Source: Myxococcota bacterium (GTDB lineage Bacteria > Myxococcota_A > UBA9160 > UBA6930). Taken from it: a stretch of 64,000 bases of DNA. Shown here one piece after another: positions 47,446 through 56,506 of the stretch. Position 1 is the stretch's first letter, and every line of letters starts with the position of its first letter. The notes beneath the pieces were generated by a model. It had not been told where the DNA came from. It did no database searches and saw only the letters and a list, made by a program, of their open reading frames with translations. The stretch is from assembly GCA_965223415.1 (NCBI GenBank), contig OZ245002.1, positions 2,240,001 through 2,304,000 on the forward strand, read 5' to 3'. The position numbers were made by a program, and so were the translations under genes.

Positions 47446-47565
47446 ACCGCGGGGTGGGGAGCGGGTACCATGGGAATGGTGATGCTGCCCCGGCCTGGCT
47501 CGGTGGTTGTGCACCTAACGACTGCCACGTGGGGCAATCTCCTTGGGCGGTGCGGGAGGAGACCC

Positions 47566-48360
47566 ATGGGCGACTCTGGGCAGGTGATCGCAAACGCGGC
47601 GGAGGTCTACGACGAGTTCTTTCTGCCGGCGCTCTTCGAGGCGTGGCCACCGGAGTTGATTTCCAGGGCACGAGTCGGCCCGGGAATGCGAGTTGTGGAT
47701 GTCGCTTGCGGGACGGGCGTTCTGGCAATCGAAGCAGGCAAGGCGACCCGACCGGGTGGGAGCGCGGTAGGGGTAGATCTCAACCCGGGAATGCTCATGG
47801 TTGCCCGCAGGAAGGATCCCAGTGTCGATTGGCAGGAAGCACCCGCCGAAGCTTTGCCTTTCGATTCCGACGAATTCGATGCAGCGCTCTGCCAGTTCGG
47901 GTTGATGTTCTTCCACGATCGCAACGCGGCCATTCGCGAAATGCTGAGGGTTCTCCGTCCCGGCGGCCGTCTGGCCATCGCCGTCTGGGATTCCCTCGAC
48001 AACACCCCTGGCTACCTCGCGATCACGCAGCTCCTTTCGCGTCTCTTCGGGGATGAGATCGCCGACCTTCTGAGAGCGCCCTACGTTCTCGGCGATGCCG
48101 AGAGGCTGAGCCGTCTTCTCGTCGAATCCGGCGTCCAGAAGCCCACGGTGTCTCGAGTTGCCGGCGAAGCGCGTTTCTCTTCGATCCGGTCTTGGATGCA
48201 CACGGATATTCGCGGCTGGACCCTTGCCGACAAGCTCGACGACGAGCAGTTCGAGCATCTCGTGAAGAGCGCAGAAGACGCGCTGAGTGACCTGGTTTCT
48301 GCGAATGGATCGGTCAGATTCGATCATGCGGCCCTGATCGCCACGGCGCAGAAACCGTAA
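47566..48360 (+). CDS. Class I SAM-dependent methyltransferase (UbiE-like)
   Basis: GGAGGA RBS. Motifs VVDVACGTG, GVDLNPGML, AEALPF, CQFGLMFF and RVLRPGGRL. Confidence 0.9.
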   Translation: MGDSGQVIANAAEVYDEFFLPALFEAWPPELISRARVGPGMRVVDVACGTGVLAIEAGKATRPGGSAVGVDLNPGMLMVARRKDPSVDWQEAPAEALPFDSDEFDAALCQFGLMFFHDRNAAIREMLRVLRPGGRLAIAVWDSLDNTPGYLAITQLLSRLFGDEIADLLRAPYVLGDAERLSRLLVESGVQKPTVSRVAGEARFSSIRSWMHTDIRGWTLADKLDDEQFEHLVKSAEDALSDLVSANGSVRFDHAALIATAQKP

Positions 48361-48388
48361 CGCGCGCTCGCAACAAGGTGTCGCTGCG

Positions 48389-48483
48389 AACCTCCACCTG
48401 TACATCACGAGGCGCGAGGAATCCGTCCTGGTCGAGCGGTTCGGGGGGGCTATCTGGCGTACTGTAGGCAGGTCCCCCGATGG
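48389..48483 (+). pseudogene. Frameshifted 3' fragment of an isoprenylcysteine-methyltransferase-family gene
   Basis: Reads ...REESVLVERFG then, after a shift in a G7 run (48443-49), YLAYCRQVPRW. This is the family C-terminal motif EE..L..RFG..Y..Y...VPRW. Confidence 0.6.
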
Positions 48484-48537
48484 GGTCTTGGCAGGCCCCG
48501 CCCACCGCGCAGCTGACGTCAGGCCCTGGCCATTGGA

Positions 48538-49356
48538 GTGCTTGTGCTCGTTCTCTACGACAACCCGTTCAGTCCGTTCGCTCGAAAGGTCAGGATGGTG
48601 CTGCGATTCAAGGGCTTGGAGCACCGCTCGGTCGATGCCCTGGCGCTGGAGGAGCACGATCACCTCGTCGCCGTCAACCCCCGCGCCGAGGTGCCCGTCC
48701 TGGTCGACGGCGATGTGGTCGTGGCCGATTCGTCCGACATCGTCTCCTACCTGGAGGATCGATTCCCGGAGCCCGCAGTCCTTCCGGCCGGCCCCGAGCT
48801 GCGGGCGAAGGCGCGTCGGTGGCAGCGAGTCGCCGACACGACATTCGATTCCATCGTCCACGATATCTCCATCTGGATCTGGCCTACCCACCGTCGATCG
48901 GACCCACCGCCGGAAGGGCTGCTCGATGCGGGCCGCCGGGAGCTGCACGAGCTCCTCAGCGAGCTGGAGCGCTCGATCGACGCCTCCGGCTTCGTATGCG
49001 ATCGGCTGTCGATCGCGGACTTCTCGCTCTTTCCACACATTTCTTCACTGAAGCCACTGAACGTCCTCCTCGATGAGACCGCTCATGCGAAGCTCCTTCG
49101 TTGGAATCGACAGATGCGGACCGAGACGGCCGTGCGCGAGGACCTCGAATACGTGAAGCGAAGCGCGATCGAGAAGTTCGGCTCCGGTCGATCGCCCTAC
49201 GAGGGGGAGAAGATCGTCTGGCGAGGCGACCGGATCGAGTGGCTTCTCGCTCACGGCTACCGGGATTGGTTCTTCGCGGAGCTGGCGAGCGGTCGCGCCG
49301 TCGTTCCAAAGGGCGGTCGCGGGCCCGCACGACCCCCGCAAGCGCAGCGCTCCTAG
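48538..49356 (+). CDS. Glutathione S-transferase family protein
   Basis: SPFARKVR, NPRAEVPVLVDG, DSSDIVSYLE and LSIADF. Confidence 0.9.
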   Translation: MLVLVLYDNPFSPFARKVRMVLRFKGLEHRSVDALALEEHDHLVAVNPRAEVPVLVDGDVVVADSSDIVSYLEDRFPEPAVLPAGPELRAKARRWQRVADTTFDSIVHDISIWIWPTHRRSDPPPEGLLDAGRRELHELLSELERSIDASGFVCDRLSIADFSLFPHISSLKPLNVLLDETAHAKLLRWNRQMRTETAVREDLEYVKRSAIEKFGSGRSPYEGEKIVWRGDRIEWLLAHGYRDWFFAELASGRAVVPKGGRGPARPPQAQRS

Positions 49357-49690
49357 GGGGCCTCGAGATGTTTCCGATAACGGACTTCTTCCAACGCCCC
49401 CGGGCCGAACAGGGTCGTTCTGGATCCACCATCCGGTCGCCACGCAGCTGCTCGTAGGTCTGGCGGGCGCGGCCGTTGCCCGCCAACACCCACAGCACGG
49501 CCTGCTCGGCGCCTCTGGCGGCCAGGCCAGCCTCCGCCCGGGCGAGGAGGCCTCGCCCCAGACCCAGCCCCCGATGTCCAGGGTCGACGAAGAGCGAGAA
49601 CACCTCGAAGCCCGGGCCGTTCGCTCCCCCCGCGTCTCCGAACTCGACGAACGCTAAGGAAGCCCTGCACTTCGCCGGGTCCCGCTCGCC
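49353..49690 (-). pseudogene. Truncated, frameshifted GNAT acetyltransferase
   Basis: LFVDPGHRGLGLGRGLL...LWVLAGNGRAR.TYE in one frame and WRPDG...LEEVRYR-stop in another. No start codon or N-terminal half. Confidence 0.7.
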
Positions 49691-49719
49691 AGCGGCTGAT
49701 CCCGCCTCCCGGCGCCCGG

Positions 49720-50529
49720 CTAGCGCCCCTTGAACACCGGCGGCCGCTTCTCCAGGAACGCCCGGGGCCCCTCCGCGGCGTCCTCCGAGCTCATCACCTG
49801 CATGCCGTACCTCTGCTCGATCGCGAACGCCTCCTCCTCCGGCAGCGTCTCGGTCTCGCGCAAGGTGGCGACGATCGCCTTCACGGCGAGGGGCCCATTG
49901 GCGGCGATGCGGTCGGCGATCTCGCGGGCCTTCGCCAGGGCCTGGCCGTTCGGGACGACGTGGTTCACGAGGCCGAGCTCAAAGGCGCGTCGGGCCGGGA
50001 GGTCCTCGCCGGCGATCAGCATCTCGGCAGCCACCGCATAGGGGATCTGGCGGCGCAGGCGCACGGCGGAGCCGGCCATCGGGAACAGGCCGCGCTGCAC
50101 CTCGGTGACGCCGAACTTCGCGTCCTCGCCGGCGACGCGGATGTCGGTGCCCTGGAGGATCTCGGTGCCCCCGGCCCGGGCGAAGCCCTCGGCGGCGAGG
50201 ATCACGGGCTTGGCTGGGCGGTAGGTCTTGAGCCACGCGCCGTAGATCACGTGGCCCTCCTTCATCACCCGCTCCATGTACTCGTTCTCCGGCTTGCCGG
50301 TGCGGAGCTTGCCGATCTCCGAGAGGTCCATGCCGGCGCAGAAGGTGTCGCCGTTGCCCGTGAGGATGCCGACGCGCAGGTCTTCGTCTTCGTCGAGCTG
50401 CACCCAGGAGTCATACAGCCGGCACATCACTTCGCAGTTGACGGCATTTCTCTTTTCGGGTCGGTTCAGGGTGACCGTGAGGACGTGGCCGTCCTTCTCG
50501 ACGACGACGGCGGGCTCTCCAGCGGGCAT
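49720..50529 (-). CDS. echA19: Crotonase-family enoyl-CoA hydratase, EchA19-like
   Basis: TLNRPEKRNA, FCAGMDL, AGGTEILQGTDIRVAGE, SAVRLRRQIPY and AANGPLAV. Confidence 0.82.
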   Translation of the reverse strand: MPAGEPAVVVEKDGHVLTVTLNRPEKRNAVNCEVMCRLYDSWVQLDEDEDLRVGILTGNGDTFCAGMDLSEIGKLRTGKPENEYMERVMKEGHVIYGAWLKTYRPAKPVILAAEGFARAGGTEILQGTDIRVAGEDAKFGVTEVQRGLFPMAGSAVRLRRQIPYAVAAEMLIAGEDLPARRAFELGLVNHVVPNGQALAKAREIADRIAANGPLAVKAIVATLRETETLPEEEAFAIEQRYGMQVMSSEDAAEGPRAFLEKRPPVFKGR

Positions 50530-50540
50530 GAGTGGCTCCT

Positions 50541-51728
50541 TCAGCTCCGGGGCAGCTGGTCGAAAGGGATCTTGCGGTCGCGGCTGGCCTCGCGGGGCAT
50601 GCCGAGGACGCGTTCGGCGCACACGTTCTTCTGCACCTCGCTGGTGCCGCCGGCGATGTGGAAGGCCGGCGCGAAGAGGTACTCGTTCTGCCAGTAGCCC
50701 GGGCGCAGGAGCGCCTTCGGGCCGAGGGCGCGCATCGCCAGGGCGTTGGCCTTCGTCATCATGCGTGCGAGCGCGAGCTTCATCACCGACGACTCGGAGG
50801 TGGGGATCACGCCACGACCGAGCTTCGAGACCATGCGGGCGTTCAGCAGCTCGAGGCAGCGGAGCTGCGTGTACACCTCCGCCAGCTCCTCGCGCTGGGT
50901 GGCCGAAGGTCGGCCGTCGCTCTCCTCGAGCACCAGCGCCTTCAGCTCGCCCCAGCGAAGCAGGTTCGAGAGCCCGCCCATCGCCATGCGCTCGTTCATC
51001 AGCGTGGTCTGGGTGACGGACCAACCGCCGTTCAGGGGGCCGAGGCGCGCCGAGTCGGGCACGCGCACGTCGTTCAGGAACACCTCGTTGAAGTGGGACT
51101 CGCCGGTCATCTCGACGAGGGGCCGCACCTCGAGGCCCGGGGTGCTCATGTCGAGCAGGAAGTAGCTGATGCCCTCGTGCTTCGGCACGCTCGGATCGGT
51201 GCGCGCGATCAGGATGCCGAAGTGGTTGTGCTGGGCGCCCGAGCACCAGGTTTTCTGGCCGTTCACGATCCAGTCGTCGCCGTCGCGCACGGCGCGGGTG
51301 GCCAGGCCCGCCAGGTCCGAGCCGGCGCCGGGCTCGCTGAAGAGCTGGCACCAGGTCTCGTCGGCCTGGAGGAGCGGCTGGAGGAAGCGCTCCTGCTGCT
51401 GCTTCGTCCCGTGGGCGATGATCGTCGGCCCGACCATGCCGATGCCCACCGCGAGCATGGAGTGGCCGACACCGCGCCGGTTCAGCTCCTCGTTCCAGAT
51501 GATCTGCTCGATGGGCCCCTTGCCGCGGCCCCCGTAGGCCTCGGGCCAGGTGATGGCCCCCCAGCCGTGGGAGGCCAGGGTCTTCTGCCAGCCCTTGTGC
51601 TGCTCGAAGACCAGCTCCTGGTCGTCGCCGGAGGTGTAGCTGCCGAACTCCTCGGGGGCGTGCTCGTCCAGGAAGGCCACCGCCTCGGCCCGGAAGGCCG
51701 CCTCGGTCGCGGAGTCGTCGAAATCCAT
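50541..51728 (-). CDS. Acyl-CoA dehydrogenase (FadE17/FadE34 C-half-like)
   Basis: WCQLFSEPGAGSDLAGLATRA, NGQKTW, FNEVFL, TTLMNER and IAGGTSEVQKN. Confidence 0.9.
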   Translation of the reverse strand: MDFDDSATEAAFRAEAVAFLDEHAPEEFGSYTSGDDQELVFEQHKGWQKTLASHGWGAITWPEAYGGRGKGPIEQIIWNEELNRRGVGHSMLAVGIGMVGPTIIAHGTKQQQERFLQPLLQADETWCQLFSEPGAGSDLAGLATRAVRDGDDWIVNGQKTWCSGAQHNHFGILIARTDPSVPKHEGISYFLLDMSTPGLEVRPLVEMTGESHFNEVFLNDVRVPDSARLGPLNGGWSVTQTTLMNERMAMGGLSNLLRWGELKALVLEESDGRPSATQREELAEVYTQLRCLELLNARMVSKLGRGVIPTSESSVMKLALARMMTKANALAMRALGPKALLRPGYWQNEYLFAPAFHIAGGTSEVQKNVCAERVLGMPREASRDRKIPFDQLPRS

Positions 51729-51757
51729 GGGAGGCACCTCGCCGGCGAAGGGCCAAA

Positions 51758-51785
51758 ATTAGAACACGTTTCATTCTTGCTCAAG
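51758..51785 (-). promoter_or_regulatory. sigma70-like promoter with KstR operator (51760-51773; TGAAACGTGTTCTA on the minus strand)
   Basis: Minus strand reads TTGAGC...TGAAACGTGTTCTAAT. The operator is identical to the one upstream of kstR. Confidence 0.85.
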
Positions 51786-51834
51786 CCGGGCCTTCGCCTA
51801 GGATTCCGCGGCCTCGACCCCATGGGAGCCCGCC

Positions 51835-53019
51835 ATGGACCTGTTCCGGAAGTGCGCGGAAAACGACCGCGTGGCCCAGATCCGCGCCGCCGACGCCTAC
51901 AGCTACTACCGGAGCCTCGACTCGCCCCAGGATCCGGTCGTGCGCCGGCCGGGCGGGCCTCCGCTCGTGATGCTCGGCTCGAACAACTACCTGGGGCTCA
52001 GCAGCCACCCGGAGGTGGTGAAGGGCGCGGCCGAGGCGTTGGAGCGCTTCGGCACCGGCTGCGCCGGCTCCCGGCTGCTGAACGGAACCACCCGCCTCCA
52101 CGAGGAGCTCGAGGAGCGGCTGGCGGCCTTCACCGGCCGCGAGGCGGCGCTCACCTTCGCCACCGGCTTCCAGGTGAACCTGGGCGTGCTCTCGGCCCTC
52201 CTCGACCGACACAGCACCGTGTTCCTCGACGCCCTCGACCACGCGAGCCTGATCGACGGCGCCCGGCTCGGCTTCGGAACGCTGCGTCGCTACAAGCACA
52301 ACGACATGGCCGATCTCGAGGCGAAGCTCGCGCGCACGCCCGAGCATCACGCCCGGCTCGTCGCGGTGGATGGCGTCTTCTCGATGGAGGGCGACCTGGC
52401 GGACCTGCCGGAGATCGTGCGGCTGCTCGAGCGCCATCCGGCTCGCCTGCTCCTCGACGACGCCCACGGGGTGGGCGTGTTCGGCGCCCACGGGCGCGGC
52501 GTGGCCGAGCACTTCGGGCTCGAAGACCGGGTCGACCTGGTCATGGGCACGTTCTCCAAGTCGCTGGCGGCGGTGGGCGGCTACGTTGCCGGGCCCGAGG
52601 AAGTGATCGACTTCCTGCGCCACCACGCCCGGGCCGAAGTCTTCTCCGCGGCGCCGCCGCCTCCCTCGGTGGGCGCGGTGCTGACCGCCCTCGGCATCGT
52701 GGAGCGCGAGCCGGAGCGGCGCGAGCGGCTCTGGGAGAACACCCGCTTCATGCAGGAGGAGCTGCGCAGCCTCGGCTTCGACACCGGCGCCTCCGCCTCG
52801 CCGGTCGTTCCTGTGCACGTCGGCCGCGACGAAGTCTGCTTCGCGATGGTGAAGCGCCTCGAGCAGGAGGGTGTGTTCGCGAATCCGGTCGTGAGCCCGG
52901 CGGTGCCCGAGGGCCAGGCGATGATCCGCACCTCGTACATGGCCACCCACACCCGCGCCCACCTGGAGCAGGCGCTCGCGGCCCTCGCGCGGGTGGGCCG
53001 CGAGTTCGGCGTGATCTGA
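51835..53019 (+). CDS. Alpha-oxoamine synthase family PLP enzyme, probable serine palmitoyltransferase
   Basis: GSNNYLGL, GTGCAGSRLLNGT, HASLIDG, DGVFSMEGD, DDAHG, GTFSKSLA and IRTSYMATH. Confidence 0.75.
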   Translation: MDLFRKCAENDRVAQIRAADAYSYYRSLDSPQDPVVRRPGGPPLVMLGSNNYLGLSSHPEVVKGAAEALERFGTGCAGSRLLNGTTRLHEELEERLAAFTGREAALTFATGFQVNLGVLSALLDRHSTVFLDALDHASLIDGARLGFGTLRRYKHNDMADLEAKLARTPEHHARLVAVDGVFSMEGDLADLPEIVRLLERHPARLLLDDAHGVGVFGAHGRGVAEHFGLEDRVDLVMGTFSKSLAAVGGYVAGPEEVIDFLRHHARAEVFSAAPPPPSVGAVLTALGIVEREPERRERLWENTRFMQEELRSLGFDTGASASPVVPVHVGRDEVCFAMVKRLEQEGVFANPVVSPAVPEGQAMIRTSYMATHTRAHLEQALAALARVGREFGVI

Positions 53020-53058
53020 GCCGCGGGCTGGGCCGTCCGGGTCCGGTCCGGGGAGCCC

Positions 53059-53646
53059 TCAGAGGTCCTCGGAGCGCTCCACGATCCGGCCCACGATGCC
53101 GTACTCCTGGGCCTCTTCCGGGGACATCCAGTAGTTGCGGTCCGTGTCCTGCTCGACCTTCTCGAGGGGCTGCCCCGTCGCCTCGGCGATGGTCTGGTTC
53201 AGCCGGTCGCGAGCCTTCACGATCTCCTCGGCCTCGATGCGGATATCGCTGGCACGGCCGCCGACGCCGCCGAGGGGCTGGTGGATCATGAAGCGCGTGT
53301 TCGGCAGGCAGTAGCGATCCTCCTTCGGTGCCGCGAGATAGATGTGCGTGCCCGCGCTGGCCACCCAGCCGGTGCCGACCATCTTCACCCGCGGCTTCAC
53401 GAAGCGGATCATGTCGTGGATGGTGTCGCCGGCCTCGACGTGGCCGCCCTCCGAATGGATGAAGATCGTGATCGGGTCGTCGCCCTCCGCAGCGAGCGCC
53501 AGGAGCTGGGCCGTCACCTGCTGCGCGAGCTGGGACGTGACCTCTCCGTGGATCAGCAGGGTGCGCGCCTCGAACAGGCGATCGGCGAGGCGGAAGAAGG
53601 CGTTCGGGAGGGACGGGTCGTCCGGCTTGTTGGCGTCGTTCGTCAT
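53059..53646 (-). CDS. clpP: ATP-dependent Clp protease proteolytic subunit
   Basis: SEGGHVEAG, VASAG (catalytic Ser), FMIHQP (His) and DTDRNYWMS.EEA.EYG (Asp). Confidence 0.93.
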   Translation of the reverse strand: MTNDANKPDDPSLPNAFFRLADRLFEARTLLIHGEVTSQLAQQVTAQLLALAAEGDDPITIFIHSEGGHVEAGDTIHDMIRFVKPRVKMVGTGWVASAGTHIYLAAPKEDRYCLPNTRFMIHQPLGGVGGRASDIRIEAEEIVKARDRLNQTIAEATGQPLEKVEQDTDRNYWMSPEEAQEYGIVGRIVERSEDL

Positions 53647-53675
53647 AGGAGGAGGAGCCTACCCGCTCGCTGCGG

Positions 53676-56288
53676 CTAGGGCAGCCCCGGCGGGGTCCAG
53701 CGCCCGTCCTCGTCGGCGTCCACGTAGATGGGGTTGGTGAAGGCGAAGGGCACGAAGCCCGGGAGGACCTCCGCGTAGACGCCGCCGGGCTCGCCTTCGA
53801 CCTCGACGGTGACGAAGGCGTCGGCGGGGAAGTGCAGGGGGAAGCGGAGATCCTCCGGCCCGTCGAGGGACTGGCGCTCGGCAAGGACGCCGTTGACGAG
53901 GACGCGGACCTCGCCGAGCGGCACCCACGGTGCGGCGTCGATCCCCACCCGCAGCTCCGCCTCGGCGCCGGCGTGCAGCCCGCCGAGGCCGGCTTCGCCG
54001 AGGCGCACGTCCAGGAGCGGGCCCGTCGTGCCCCAGAGCTCGCCGCTCCGGATGGCTTCGCCGAAGGCCGCCTCCTCCGCCACGCCGCCGGGCAGCCGCA
54101 CGTAGCTGCGCGGGAAGGCCGCGGGTGCGCCCAGGCTGTGGGAGTCGCTGTTGGCGGTGGCGGTGCGCCGCTCGCCCTGCAGCAGGAACGAGAACCAGTC
54201 GGTGCGAACGCGCTCGTAGGCCCCGTGGCCGCGCCCGTTCAGGAGCTCCATCGCATCGAAGTCGAGATCGCGAAGCCCGTGCTCGCCCCGCTCCGAGAGC
54301 GGCCGGTTGACCGCCTCGCCGAGGGGCCGGCTCGGGTCGTACCCGGCGCCCACGCCCAGGTGGTCCAGAAAGGCGCCGTCGTCGTCGCCCTGGTCCCGAC
54401 CCACGCGCGGATGGTTGAGCTGGAGGATCGGTGCGCCCGCGGCGCGCAGCTCGGCCCACACGTCCCGCCATCGGCGCCCTTCGGCCATCGGCGCGCCGCC
54501 CCGGAACGTCGCTCGTTGCTCTCGCACGGGGAAGGCGTTGGCGTGTCCCGCGGTCGTCGGCGTGACGCCGCCCCGGTAGCCGGTAGTGATCTCCACCCCC
54601 GTCACGCCGAGGATGCGATCCGTGAGGCCCAGCGACGCCAGGGCGGGGCGAGGATCCACGATCCGGTCGTGCTCGGTGGCCACCAGGATCTCCGCATCGG
54701 CGGCGGCAAAGGCGCGCAGCTGTCGCTCCTGGGGCAGGGAGGAATCGAAGCTCCAGCCGCTGTGTACGTGCAGGTCGGCGGAGACCCACCCGGGCGTCTC
54801 CCGGACGCGCCCGGGCGCCGGGATCTCGAGTGTCGTCTCCTCTCCGGCCCGCACCGCGAGGCGAGCCTCGGTCACTTCGTGCTCGGGGCCGCGCACGGCC
54901 AGCACCCGATAGGCGCCGGGCCGCAGCGTGACGAAGGCCGGATCGCCAGCGATCCCGGCGAGCGCGACGTCGTTCGAAGAGAGGCTCGTCGGGACCGGCT
55001 CGTCGTCGATGGCGAGGTCGAGGCCGTCGGAGCCGAAGCCCGGCGTCTGCGATCCCTCCGCACCCAGGAAGACCAGCCGCATCGGCTCGCCGCGGGGCAG
55101 CCGCACCCGCGTGCCCGGGGCGAGGGCGAGCTGCACGGCGACTCCGGGGTTGTGATGGGTCACTTCCGCGCGCGCCTCGCGGCCCGCTTCGCCGCGCGCT
55201 CGCAGGCCGTAGGGGCCCGCGGGCAGACGCAGGGCGAAGTCGCCGCCGGCGTCGGCCCGCACCGCACTGACCGGCTCGCCCGCCTTCGTGCTCACGTGGA
55301 CGACGGCCCCGGGCTCGTCGACCTTCCCGCGGAGGACGGGCTCCGCCGGCCACAGCCGATCCGTCACGGAGGCGACGTCGGCCCGATCGCCGACCCACAG
55401 GCGTCGCTCGAGCACGAGGGTGTCGCCCGTGGCCAGGTCCATGAGCGGTGTCTGGACGAGCTCGAGCAGGCCCGGATCCGCGTCGTCGCCGATCCAGAAA
55501 GGGCGCGGGAAGGCGCCGGTGAGGGTGTAGTGTCCGCCGCTGATCGAGAGCTCGGGCAGGGGCCTTTGGTTCCCCTCCGGGTCCACGCGCAGCGAGCGCA
55601 CCAGGTCGAGGCCGTAGCTGATCCCCGGCCCCATCCGGTCGCTTCCGACCCACACGATGAGATCGGCCTGTACGATCGCCGAGAGCATCGAGGTCGTCTC
55701 CGCCGGATCGCCGCCCGGGTGGGCGAAGCCGACGGAGCGGCGCGGATCGCGCCGATCCACCTTGAACGGGCGCAGCGAGCCGTTCGGGTGGAGCACGACG
55801 TTGCCGTAGGCGAACAGCCGCTCGCCCTCCTCGCGGCGGGTGATGCGGGTGACGAGCTCGAGGGCGCGCGGCTCCTTCGCGTCGAGCGCGTAGGTGATCT
55901 CGATGTCGAGGCCTCGGGACGCACCGCTCGCGACGAGGGCAGCGCGGGTCTCGCTCCGCTCGGCGCGCACCTCCGAGAACGGCATCACCTCGGACTGGGA
56001 GAGGTTCAGGAGCGGCTGGATGACGTTCCACTGGTCGTCATCGCGGCCGCAGTGGCCGAGATCGATCAGCAAGCCCCCCCGGTGGCTGAGCCCCGATTCG
56101 TGGGACGGGTCGGAGACCGCGGCGCACAGGACGCCGTTGCCGAGCGCCCAGTCGCCGACGCCCGCGATGGCGTCCGGGCCGCCGACGCGCAGTGCTTCGT
56201 AGCGCTCCGGGGTGATCTGCTCTGCGATCAGCTCCGCACGGGTAGAGGCAGGCACGAGGATGAGGATCGCGAGGACGAGCCAGTGCAT
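53676..56288 (-). CDS. Exported CehA/McbA-like PHP-domain metallohydrolase
   Basis: Signal peptide. Motifs ADLHVHS..S.DS, ATEHD, GVEIT, GHANAFP, QLNHPR, ELLNG, ANSDSH and AFTNPIYVD. Confidence 0.85.
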   Translation of the reverse strand: MHWLVLAILILVPASTRAELIAEQITPERYEALRVGGPDAIAGVGDWALGNGVLCAAVSDPSHESGLSHRGGLLIDLGHCGRDDDQWNVIQPLLNLSQSEVMPFSEVRAERSETRAALVASGASRGLDIEITYALDAKEPRALELVTRITRREEGERLFAYGNVVLHPNGSLRPFKVDRRDPRRSVGFAHPGGDPAETTSMLSAIVQADLIVWVGSDRMGPGISYGLDLVRSLRVDPEGNQRPLPELSISGGHYTLTGAFPRPFWIGDDADPGLLELVQTPLMDLATGDTLVLERRLWVGDRADVASVTDRLWPAEPVLRGKVDEPGAVVHVSTKAGEPVSAVRADAGGDFALRLPAGPYGLRARGEAGREARAEVTHHNPGVAVQLALAPGTRVRLPRGEPMRLVFLGAEGSQTPGFGSDGLDLAIDDEPVPTSLSSNDVALAGIAGDPAFVTLRPGAYRVLAVRGPEHEVTEARLAVRAGEETTLEIPAPGRVRETPGWVSADLHVHSGWSFDSSLPQERQLRAFAAADAEILVATEHDRIVDPRPALASLGLTDRILGVTGVEITTGYRGGVTPTTAGHANAFPVREQRATFRGGAPMAEGRRWRDVWAELRAAGAPILQLNHPRVGRDQGDDDGAFLDHLGVGAGYDPSRPLGEAVNRPLSERGEHGLRDLDFDAMELLNGRGHGAYERVRTDWFSFLLQGERRTATANSDSHSLGAPAAFPRSYVRLPGGVAEEAAFGEAIRSGELWGTTGPLLDVRLGEAGLGGLHAGAEAELRVGIDAAPWVPLGEVRVLVNGVLAERQSLDGPEDLRFPLHFPADAFVTVEVEGEPGGVYAEVLPGFVPFAFTNPIYVDADEDGRWTPPGLP

Positions 56289-56321
56289 GGCGGCCCAGGG
56301 TATCACTCGCCCCGGAGGAGC

Positions 56322-56506
56322 CCTAGCCCGGACGATTCATGAGCGCCCTACTGCGGACGCCGATAGCGCCGCATTTTCGCGACCTTCTCCTTCCAGCCAC
56401 CTCGACGTACGGCAAGTACGCCTTCGGTGGCTTCCAGTCCGAGGGTCGCGAAACTGCAGCGCTCTCGACGTCCTCGCTACGGGCTTCATGAATCGTCCGG
56501 GCTAGG
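56322..56506. mobile_element. 185-bp palindromic MITE/REPIN-like element
   Basis: Perfect 21-bp terminal inverted repeats (CCTAGCCCGGACGATTCATGA at 56322-42 and its complement at 56486-506). The interior is an imperfect palindrome. Confidence 0.75.

Noticed and set aside
47500..49400. Intact integron or complete attC sites
   Set aside because: There is no integrase and no complete RYYYAAC...GTTRRRY palindrome. Only fragments are present, reported as a low-confidence finding.
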